NCBI RefSeq assembly: GCF_004010195.1
Contig: NC_057750.1
Location: 5,967,400 to 6,022,368, forward strand
Direction of reading: 5' to 3'
Origin: Chiloscyllium plagiosum
Taxonomy: Eukaryota
Length of the DNA stretch: 54,969 nt
The notes beneath the pieces are model-generated. The model ran no database searches and was not told where the DNA came from. It worked only from the letters and a program-made list of their open reading frames with translations. This document shows, in pieces, positions 11,101-23,100 of this stretch. The position numbers and the translations under genes were made by a program. Every line of letters starts with the position of its first letter. The stretch's first letter is position 1.

Positions 11101-14100
11101 ACACTCAAGAAGCTTGACACCATCCAGGATAAAGCAGCCCACTTGATTGGCACTACACCCACAAACATCCACCCCGTCAACCTCAGGTGGTAGCAGTATA
11201 TACTATCTACAAGATGCACTGCAGCAACTCATTAATCTCCTTAGACAGCACCTTCCAAAACTCATGATTGCTTCTGTCTAGAAAGTTAAAAATCACAACA
11301 CCAGGTTATGGTCCAACAGGTTTATTTTGAAGTACAAACTTTCAGAGCGCTGCTCCTTCGTCGGGTAGCTAGTGGAGCAGGATCATAAGAGACAGAATTT
11401 ATAGTAAGAGATCATAGTGTCATACACTGATCTCTTACTATATTGAACAAGCCTAGATTGCTGATGAAGGGCTTATGCCCGAAACGCTGATTCTTCTACT
11501 CCTTGGATGCTGCCTGACCAGCTGTGCTTTTCCAGCACCACACTCTCTACTGATCTCCAGCATCTGCAGTTCTCACTTTCTCCTGCTGTTTCTATCTAGA
11601 TTTGTTCAATATATCACATCAGTGTATGACACTATGACCTTTGCTAAAAAAGCTGTGCCCTATGATCCTACTCCACTAGCTACCGGATGAGGGAGCAGCG
11701 CTCCAAAAGTCTGCACTTCCAAATAAGCCTGTTGGACTATAACCTGGTGTTGTGTGATTTTTAAACTTTGTCCACTCCAGTCCAACATCGGCACCTCCAC
11801 ATTTGCGTGGAAGGAAAAGGTCAGCAGAGACATGGGAAAACCACCCTTTGCAAGTTCCCCTCCAAGCCACTCACCACTTAACTAGGAAATAAACTACTGT
11901 TCCTTCAGCGTCGCTGGGTCAAAATCCTGGTACTCCCTCCCTAATAGCACTGTGGGATGTCCCTACATCATATGGATTGCAGAGGTTCAAAAACACTACT
12001 CACCACCATCTTCTCAAGGGGCAATAAAAAAAGAACTTGCCAGCAAGATGCTGATCCCAGGAATAAATTGAAAGAAATGTACTGTGCTCAGCTCCAGGCA
12101 ATACACCTCCAGAAGGGCATGTGAGCCTTAGGCAGGGTAAAGCTACTATGCTGACCCATCCGGAATGGGATTAAAGGGGTGAGACAAGGTGGCGCAATCC
12201 TGGTTTGTATTTGCTCAGCTTTGGGAAGGTAATTGAGATGTTGAATCAGTTTGATATATCAGGGACTAAACTGTCCTGTGGTGGAAATACAAAATATACA
12301 TTGCGTGGGGATGGCATCAGACAAGATGGGCCAATGGAAATCTGGACCTCTGTTATGGTGAAGTGAATTTTGAGGACTTATAATGAATGGAATTTTATTG
12401 GGCAAGAGAGCCAAAGGGACAAGGAGTAGTAACTGGAGTTAAAATACAGATTGGTCGCAGTACAAAAGGATCTGTCATATTCCTGACACTGATATTCATT
12501 GTTCTGCAAGTACATCCCAACTCTATTAGGAAGCAATTTTCATTAAACATTCTGCTCTTCCCTACTGTCATTATTACAACTTATTGCTGAAAATTCATCA
12601 ATTCTCATGTGGAATAAACCCCAGTTTTTAATTCTTTTGCTATTCATCAAATTTATAGGAAGCTTACATTGCCTGTAAATAGTGAGGACCCCTCCCCCGA
12701 CAACGTAACCGAATTGAGAGACAGGCTTGTGAGGCCAAACCCGTTGTCCTTCAGCAACTGGTCGCTCTGTTACTGGTCAGGACTCACCTTGCTTGGGATA
12801 ACCGCCAAATCGAGGTCTGTTTGCCTCCAGCTCCCTTCGTGCTTCGCTGTGCCCCAGTTCTGTTCATGCTCTGCAGTGACACCAAGAGACAAACACCCAT
12901 TAGATTTTAGACGTTGTTCCCTGGCCAGCATCTCTGCCTCAGGCTTGCTGCAGTGTTCCAGTGAAGCTCAGCGCAAGTTTCATTAGATTAGATTAGATTA
13001 CTTACAGTGTGGAAACAGGCCCTTCGGCCCAACAAGTCCACACCGACCCGTCGAAGCGCAACCCACCCAGACACATTCCCCTACATTTACCCCTTCACCT
13101 AACACTACGGGCAATTCAGCATGGCCAATTCACCTGACCTGCACATTTTTGGACTGTGGGAGGAATCCGGAGCACCCGGAGGAAACCCATGCAGGCACAG
13201 GGAGAATGTGCAAACTCCATACAGTCGGTCGCCTGAGGCAGGAATTGAACCCGGGTCTCTGGCGCGGTGAGGCAGCAGTGCTAACCACTGTGCCACCGTG
13301 CCGCCCAAGTTGGGAGAACAGCACATCATTCTCCACTCGGGAACTCTGCAGCCTTCTGGACTCAACATCAAGTTCAACAATGTGAGGGCTTGATGCATCT
13401 TCTCCCATGTCCTTACCCAACACACCAGGCCTTGTTATCACATGGTCTATTACACAACCCATTGTTAGTCACAGATAGTCCCCAACTGGTCTCTCTCTAG
13501 GCTCCATCGCCACCAATCATGTACTCCTTATCACCATTACCACCTCCCCCCTCACCCCCTCCATAACCTCTGCATAAAAACCAAGTTACCATCAGTTCTG
13601 AGGAAGGTTTTTTGACCTGAAAGGTTAACTGTGATTTCTCTCCACAAATGCTGCCAGACCTGCTGAGCTTTTCCAACAATTTCTGTTTTCGTTGCTGATT
13701 TCCAGCATCTGCAATTTTTACCATTAGATTGCACTGCCCTCAGAACAACCCAATCATCAGCAGTCCACAGAGACCCTCTGACCAAGGAATTCTACATGCC
13801 CTTCCGGGGCTCTGAAGTGTTAGGAAAAGAAAAATTACAGCCATAGATAAAGGAAAAGGCCACTCCTCAAACCTGTGGCCCAACCCCACTCACCTGCCTT
13901 GGTTGCATAACTCCTTAAAGATCAGTGCTAACCCAAAGCACGCCCATTTTAACAACTTTAATTTCACGTGGTTTCAGACAGACAATTAAAAACTGGGAAG
14001 GGTGGAAGGGAGGGCACAGACTTAGTTTTTCACAAAGCGAGCAGTTAAGATTTGGAAAAGTGGTGGAAGCAGGTTCAACTGAGGCATTCAAGAGGGCATC

Positions 14101-17100
14101 AGATGATTAATAAAAATCACGTGTAGGGTTATGGGGAAAGGACAGGACTTTGGCACGAACTTAAAATGCTGACAGAGCCAGTACAGATACAGAGGGCTGA
14201 ATGGCCTCCTTCAGTTATGTGACAATCCTGATTTGTTGGCATAGGGTGGGATTTAGTGAGCAGATGTGTGTTGGGAGGGAGAATTCGGGAGGGGGTTGGA
14301 AAGCTTAGAATGCTTAGGTATCAATTGAAAATAAGACTACCAGGTAGGAGAGAAGCAGAATTCGCTTTTTTTAAAAATCACAACAAGATGTAACAATCTG
14401 GGAATGCGCTGACTGAAATGGTAGTCAAGACAGGTTCAAAAGTAACCTTCAAAAGGACATTGGATAGGTAAGTGAAGAGGAGAAATGTGCAAGGTTTTGG
14501 GGGCAGAACAGGAAAGGTGGTTAATTGAAGAGACAGTGCAATGTGCCGATGGGCTGAATGGTCTTGTGCTGTAGCAGTAATTTTCATAGACTCCCTACAA
14601 TGTGGAAGCAGGCCATCAAATCCACACCAACCCTCTGAAAACCATCCCAGCCTGACCCACATCCCTCTTCCCTATCCCTGTAACCCTACATTTATCATGG
14701 CCAATTCACCTAGCTTGCCCATCCCTGGACACTATGGGGTAATTGAGCATGGGCAATCCACTCTAACCTGCACATCTCTGGACTGTGGGAGGAAACCCAC
14801 GCAGACATGGGAAGAATGCACAAACTCCACACAGACAGTCGCCTGAGGGTGGAATTGAATCTGGGTCCCTGGCGCTGTGAGGCATGAGTGCTAACCACTG
14901 AACAAGCCCTTTTAAGATGTTTGAGGATAATAATCAATTTGCTGCCCAGAGACTAGACTTACTGGTTTCATAGCTAGGGATCTGTGACGGTCTCTTCTCG
15001 TATGCAATGTCCAAATCGGCTTCAGCCCACACACCCGGTTTCTTCTTCTTCAAACTGTCATCTGTGAATGAATGAGTTTAAAAACCATTTATCAATCATT
15101 TCTCCAGACTTCAGTCCCATCAACTGTCGAGAATTCATTCCTGGAAGTATACGGACATATAAATCAGGAATAGGCCTCTCAAGCCTGCTCTATCATTTGA
15201 TAGAATCATGACCTATCAGATTGTAACCTTTAGCCTGCATTCCCATCCACCTGTTAACCTTTCACCCTCTTGCTTAACAAGCATTTCCAAACCTCTGCTT
15301 TAAAACTATTCAAGGCCTCCACTTCCATCTCCTTTTCAAAGACTCAAAACTCTCAGAGAAAATATCACTCCATTCTGTTTTAAATAGGCAACTCCTGATT
15401 TTTAAACTATGGCACCTCATTCTAGTCTTTCCACATCCACCCAGTCAAGTCCCCTCAGGATTTTACATGTTTCAATTAAGTCACCTCATTTTTTAAAATT
15501 TCAGCTGATTCAAGCTTAGCCTTTCCTACTTTTCTTTATTAAATACCTTGCCTATTCCAGGTATCTGTCTGGTAGACCATCTCAGAAATGCCTCCAATGC
15601 GCGTACATCCTTTCACCAGCCTCCACCACCACCTCCGGTAGCCCACTCCAAACATTCACCACCCTCTGCATGAAAAAGTTGCCCCTTGGGTCCCTTTCAA
15701 CTCTCCCCTCTCACCTCTCACCTGTATCCTTCAATTTTGGAATCTTAAATTATAAATTGAATCCCAGCACCGATACCTGTGGTATACTACTCATTACAGC
15801 TTGCCAAGGTGCCCAGTACACTACACAGTACTCCAATGCTGCCTCACCAGTGCCCTGTACATCTGAAATTTAACCTCCCTACCTTTGTACTCAATATCCC
15901 TCACAATACAGTACAACTTAACTTTTTATAAGCTTTTGATTACCTCCTAGCTGACTAACCTCTCAAAATTCATGTACTAGTACACCCAGATCCCTCTGCA
16001 TCTTAGAGCTCTGCAATCTCTTACTATTTAGATAATAATTATTTTTAAAAGCTTCCTGCCAAAATAGACAGTTTTACATTTCCCACATCTTCGCCCATTC
16101 AAAATCTATCTAAAGTTTTCCTAGAGGCCTTGTGGCCACTTCACAATTTACTTTCCTAACTATCCTTCAATTGCCAGCCGATTTCACAACCACGTTCTGT
16201 TGTGACATCCAAATCATAGTCATACAGCATGGAAACAAGGTCTTCGGCCTAACTCATCCATGCCGACTAGGTTTCCTAAACTGAACTGATCCCATTTGCC
16301 TGGGTTTGGCCCGTATCCCTCTAATCATTCCCCATTCCAAGTACCTTCCAAATCTCTTCAAAATGTTGCAATTGCACCAGCCTCCACCACCTCCTCTGGC
16401 GGCCCATTCCAAACACTCACCACCCTCTGCACGAGAACGTTGCCCCTTGGGTCCCTTTCAACTTTTTCCCCTCTCACCTGTACCCTGCAATTTTGGAGAC
16501 TTAAATTATAAACAGTTGAATCCCAGTACCGATCCCTTTGGTACACCACTCATTACACCTTGCCAGCCAGAAATGGACCCACTTATACATATTGGTTTCT
16601 GCATCCAGCCAATCCTCTATCCATTCCAACATGCTACCCTCTACCTCAATAGTTTTCATTTTCCACAATAACCTTTCACATGGCACCTTATCAAATTCCT
16701 TCTGTAAGTATGCACTGTGGGGACAGTAACACCACTCAGCTAGATCGCAAACAACTCTTGCCCGAATAAACAGCACACTATAGAATGATACAGCAAGTGA
16801 CCTCTGGTGAAACAGTTCCACAATCCTTACTTCGCTGAATGAATAGTGACACCTGCCCACACATGCACTGTTGCCCCCCTACTCTTGAATAATTCGATTT
16901 ACAATGGATATTAGCGAACATAGCTCCAACTGTAAACAGAATTTGTATCCTCCCTTGTACAGCACAGAGAGGAGCCCTTCAGCCCAAACTGGTCCATGCC
17001 AACCAATATGTCCATGCTAACCCCATTTCCCTGCACTTTGCTCATATCCATGGCCAATTCCTGGTGAAGGGCTCCGGCCCGAGACATCGATTTTCCTGCT

Positions 17101-20100
17101 CCTCGGATGCTGCCTGACCTGCTGTGCTTTTTCAGCAACACACTCTCAACCCATATCCTTCTAAACCTTTCCTATCCTTGTAATGGTCCAAATGTCTTTT
17201 AATGTACCCGCCTCAACCATTTCTGCTGGCAGCTCATTCCATACGCATGCCACCCTCTGTGTTAAAAAGCAGCCCCTTAGGTTCCCTTTCATTCTTTCCT
17301 CTCTAACCTTAAACCAAAGCCCTCTACTCCTTGATTCCCCAATTTGGGAAAAAGACTGAGTGCATTCACCCAGCCCATGCCTCGCGTGATCTTACACACT
17401 TCTATAAGATTCCCCGCTCATGGAGCCAGTGGTTGAGGACAAAGTGGCAGCAAGCAGATCTCTAATTTTACACCATTCAAGGCACTCATTCCTACCAAAA
17501 TAACATATCAAAAGTCTTCACCTTTACTGAGGTTGAGCGCTCCAGGATTGAGTGCGAAGCCACTCATTGCTCGTCCATCCTCAGCCTCCAAAAACATCTT
17601 GTAGTGGTCGGGGGGAAGCCGGGAGGCAGCAGAAAGCGGTGGTAGAAAGTTCTCACGGGGGGATACTCTGGTGGGCCCCAAGGGTCCGGGGTAGGCTGAC
17701 GGCACTGGACTGAGCAAGCCTGGCTGCTGGGGGAGAGGGCTCTCCATGGTCCCACTGGGCAAAGTCTGGGCTTCGTGGGTAGCACCCACAAGGGGATGGA
17801 TGGAGGGTTCGTGATTCTCGAACGGGGTCACGGGAATAAACCCGGGTCGGGGAGATGATGCTCGGTCCAATGGAGCACGGAGCTCCTGCTGAAGCACCAT
17901 TGGTGAACCGGGCATCATTGTCCGGGGAGAGGGTGCTCGATCCAATGGAGCACGGGGCTCCTGCTGAATCAGCATTGGTGAACCGGGCATCATTGCACGG
18001 GGAGAGGGTGCTCGGTCCAATGGAGCACGGAGCTCCTGCTGAAGCACCATTGGTGAACCGGGCATCATTGCACGGGGAGAGGGTGCTCGATCCAATGGAG
18101 CACGGGGCTCCTGCTGAATCAGCATTGGGGAACCGGTCATCATTGCACGGGGAGAGGGTGCTCGATCCAATGGAGCACGGGGCTCCTGCTGAATCAGCAT
18201 TGGGGAACCGGGCATCATTTCACGGGGAGAGGGTGCTCGATTGAACAGAGGACTGAAAGCATAGGGCGAAAGAGGTTGCTGTGGGGGCGGCAGCGGTGTG
18301 TAGGCTGGTGATGTCCGTGGAGAGGGCGATCGAGTCACACTAACAACTGGCAACAGCTCGTCACGTTTCGTCTGTGACTCCATCCAGCTTGGGCCGTACA
18401 CATTGGATGACGACGAGGTGGTCATTGAGCTCTCTTTCCAAAAGGTCTGAAATGTTTAAAAAAAAAAGAATGACACGGAATATCAAGCACCCCAAATGTT
18501 TCCGCACAGATGCCACCCAACTTGCTGGGGCTTTGTTAATTATTTCTTGCCCGCATGCTTTGAGGATTCCCAGACTCTGTCAGTGTTGCGCTTCTTTTAA
18601 ACAGATCCTCGCTGAGTAGCCATGAGTAACACAAAATTTAATATCGCACCCGATCCCCTCTCCAACCCAAAATCCCACCCTGTGCCAGCCGTGATTCAAT
18701 GGGTAGTACGATCGCCTCAGGTTGTGGGTAAAATTTTACTCTCGGACAGCAAAGCTAGTCCCCGTGCAGTGCTAAGGGAGTGCTGCAGTCTTGGAAGCAC
18801 TGTCTTTTCAAACAAGAGGCTTTGCTTGACCTCCCAGGTGGCTGCATTGTCAATATGACATCTCCCTCCTCCTCCGAGGTTTATCACAATGATACCTTGC
18901 TGTCAGATGGAGCTGCATCAGTCACCACAGGGCTGCTCTGTGTGGACCACATCGAGTCCAGCTCCTGCGATAGTTTGTCCAGTTTGTACGTTGCCTCATC
19001 CAACTTCTTCTGTTCGGATTGAAACATGAGGCCTGTCTGGCATTCTTCATTAGGAATGAAAAGAACAGAGAGAGAAAGACGTCAGTGAGGAAGACACAAA
19101 AAGCAGGAGCCTTATATAAAGGACCCATGAAAAGAGTCAACCAGCGAGTTAAGCTTATGTTTCACCTACTCAGGTATAGCACAACCACTGGATGTTGTGC
19201 TGGGTCTTTGGCATTATTATTCATTCACAGGATGTGGGCATCGCTGTCCAAGCCAGCATTTATTGTCCCATTCCTTATAGCCCAGAGGGCAGTTTAGAGT
19301 CACCTACATTGTTGTGGGTTTGGAGTCACACGTAGTCCAGACCGGATAAGGATGGCAGATTTCCCTCCATAAAAGGACGTTAGTGGACAAGATGGGTTTT
19401 TCCAACAATCGACAATGGTTTCATGGTCATCGTCAGACTCTTAATTCCAGATTTTTAAAAAAAATTGAATTCAAATTCCATCAGTCATGGTGGGATTTGA
19501 ACCTGGGACCAAGAACATTATCTGGAGTCTCTGGGTTAACAATCCAGCGATAATATCACTAGGCCATCACCTCCCCCAGTTGTAGTTGGGGAGTGTCATG
19601 TCTTCCATATCTCATGTCACCTTCAGAGTAGTGTGTATGGGAGTTACATACATTTAGTAAACATTGACAAGAACCTTTTCTCCGGAGACTCAATCTTTTC
19701 ATAAAACCTTTAGACTATTACAGGCAGGAGAATTAGTGACAGTATTCTGCTCAAGGTTCCCAGGCCTGGTCATCCCTAAAGAGCAGTTTCATAATTACAG
19801 AACCCTGGTACTGTGCATCACACCCAACAATGATGAACAGCAAAAGGCCACTCAATCCCTGAAGTGAATAATGGCTGGCATCCACCTTTACAACCCATAG
19901 TTCCAAATCCCTTAACCCAACTAAAAATCTGTCAAAAATAGAAAAAGGTTGGAAAAGCTCAGCAGGTCTGGCAGCATCTGTGGAGAGAAATCAGAGTTAA
20001 TGTTTCGAGTCCGGTGACATTTAGGCAGAGACTAGTCACAGCAGAAATGTTCTGAGGAAAGGTCGCTCGACCCAAAACATTAACTCTGATTTCTCTCCAC

Positions 20101-23100
20101 AGATGCTGCCAGACCTGCTGAGCTTTTCCAACAATTTCTGTTTTCATTCCTGACTTACAGCATCTGCAGTCATTTCGGTTTTTAAAAATTTGACATTTTA
20201 ATACTTTTAAGTTGCGCCTTCAGGCTCGAACAACACTTTTCGGGCAATATTTGTTTTTCAGCTTTCCATTATTCTTTGGACAAGTACTACCTGACGTCAT
20301 GCCTAAATGGACTGCTCCTTATAAATCATTCCTTAATCCATACAGGGAGAACTAGCCATTTGGATACAGAACTGGCTCAAAAGGTAGAAGACAGAGGGTG
20401 GTGGTGGAGGGTTGTTTTTCAGACTGGAGGCCTGTGACCAGTGGAGTGCCACAAGGATCGGTGCTGGGCCCTCTACTTTTTGTCATTTACATAAATGATT
20501 TGGATGCGAGCATAAGAGGTACAGTTAGTAAGTTTGCAGATGACACCGAAATTGGAGGTGTAGTGGACAGCGAAGAGGGTTACCTCAGATTACAACAGGA
20601 TCTGGACCAGATGGGCCAATGGGCTGAGTGGTGACAGATGGAGTTTAATTCAGGTAAGTGCGAGGTGCTGCACTTTGGGAAAGCAAATCTTAGCAGGACT
20701 TATACACTTAATGGTAAGGTCCTAGGGAGTGTTGCTGAACAAAGAGACCTTGGAGTGCAGATTCATAGCTCCTTGAAAGTGGAGTCGCAGGTAGATAGGA
20801 TAGTGAAGGCGATGTTTGGTATGCTTTCCTTTATTGGTCAGAGTATTGAGTACNNNNNNNNNNNNNNNNNNNNNNNNNNNNNNNNNNNNNNNNNNNNNNN
20901 NNTGGATAGGATAAATAGACAAAGTCTTTTCCCTGGGGTGGGGGAGTCCAGAACTAGAGGGCATAGGTTTAGGGTGAGAGGGAAAGATATAAAAGAGACC
21001 TAAGGGGCAACTTTTTCACACAGAGGGTGGTGCGTGTATGGAATGAGCTGCCAGAGGATGTGGTGGAGGCTGGTACAATTGCAACACTTAAGAGGCATCT
21101 GGATGGGAATATGAATAGGAAGGGTTTGGATGGAAATGGGCCGGGTGCTGGCAGGTGGGACTAGATTGGGTTGGGATATCTGGTCGGCATGGACGGGTTG
21201 GACCGAAGGGTCTGTTTCCATGTTGTACATCTCTATGACTCTAACTCTGCATTCAAAGGAACACAAGCACAGGTGGCTCAGTTGGACCACCATAAAATCT
21301 TTAATCTGAGGGACCAGGGTTACAGTCCATGCCTGGGTGATCGCTTGACCTCAGACTGGGGACCTTTTGTGGCACAGTGGTAGCGTCCCTACCCTTTGAC
21401 TGGGAGGCATGGGTTCAAGTCCCACCTGCTCCAGAGGGTGGGCAACTACATCTCTAAACAGGTTGGTTAATTTTTTTGTTTTACACAAGCTTTAGCAACC
21501 TGCCCTCAGGATTAAACCTTTCAAAACCCACTGTGCAGATTCCAGTGGACTCTCCCCAAAGAAACAAACACTTCATTTATATTGTGATCGTTCTGACTGT
21601 TGGACATCTCAAAATTCTTCATAGCCACTGAAACACTAAGTTCAGCCACCGCTTTAATGTAAGAAACAAAACAGCCAATTTGTTCACAGAAAGCTCGCAC
21701 AACGGGACATCTGGCAGTGACGAAATAATTTTTTTCTTTGGTCGTCTTAGTAGGACAATAAGAATTCCCCTTCACTTCTGCAAAGCGGGATTTTTTGTTT
21801 ACACGTGAAAGACAGAGCTGAGTGCTGCAAAAACCCAGCCCTCTGATACTTTGAGGTTGTGCTCGCCAGAATCACCCAAGATACTGTGGATAGACTCTCT
21901 CTGAATCCGAATGGTTTTAGTGATTACTGATACCAAGTGGAGCAGGATACCCACACAAAGTCAAAGTCATAGAGTCTCTTAAGCAGAAACGAGGTTTAAA
22001 GTTGACAAATGGACTATGTTTATTCCTTGGTACTTGATAGCTAGTTACATTACATCAGAGCGACACCAGAGTATCACGCATCAGGTTTGACCCAACAGTG
22101 AACTCTCATCACTGTCAGCTACATGACTTCGCACCAGAACTGGTCTTACAGGTTAGAATAGCAACTGGTATAAAGCAACTGAGCTGGTTAATTCCCCCAC
22201 TGGATCAGTCTCCAATGTCCTGATGGGTGCAGCCAATCACAATGATCAGAGTCAAGATTAAAGTGGTGCTGAAAAAGCACAGGAGGTCAGGCAGCATCCG
22301 AGGACCAGGAGAATAGAGGTTTCGGGCAAAAGCCCTTCATCAGGAAACGTCGCTGTTGCCCAAAACGTCTATTTTCCTGCTCCTTGAATGCTGCCTGACC
22401 TGCTGTGCTTTTCCAGCAGCATCTAAACTTGACTGATCTCCAGCATCTGCAGTCCTCACTTTTGCCCAATGATGTCAGTTAACCCTTTAAGGTACTAACT
22501 ACTCTAGAAACCTCAGAGGATGCAGTGGTTTGAATGCGAGTATTGTCTTGGATTGGTGCACTCAAGCCCTGGAGAATGGGACTTGAACCCTGAGCCACGC
22601 AACTCAGAGGTGTGTGTACTGCACACTGATCCAGAGTTAACCTCCTGGGACACTGCCAAGAACAGTGGTCCAGATGGCATTGGATGGTGAATAGAGGAGA
22701 CCCAAGAACAAGCAACTACTGAGCTGTGTATAGTCAGCCCCTTCGACAAGTACCATTGTTGGGTACTTTGCTTTCACACTCCCCCTCATAGACCATACAC
22801 CACAATGGCCCCTATAACAGCTCATTGTTGTACACTGCAGAGCGTTGAAGAATGCAGCTGCTTAAGCAATAATTTCGAACACATTTGTACTAATTGAAGG
22901 AGACTATCAGGCTTTAAGTACACAAAGGAAGATTCTGAAAGACAATTATGGCTAAGGGCATCACACATTTGTTGTATTTAACCTGACAGCACAAGTTCAA
23001 ACTCCGACTGCACTGCAGAAAGCTTGCAAACAGAACAAGACCAGCGAGTAAGGGAGCAAGATCTCAGTGCAAAACGCTCTGTCACATGGCAAGACCTTGA

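Noticed and set aside
17855..18244. 129-aa plus-strand repetitive ORF
   Set aside because: Antisense shadow of the 75-bp coding repeat.
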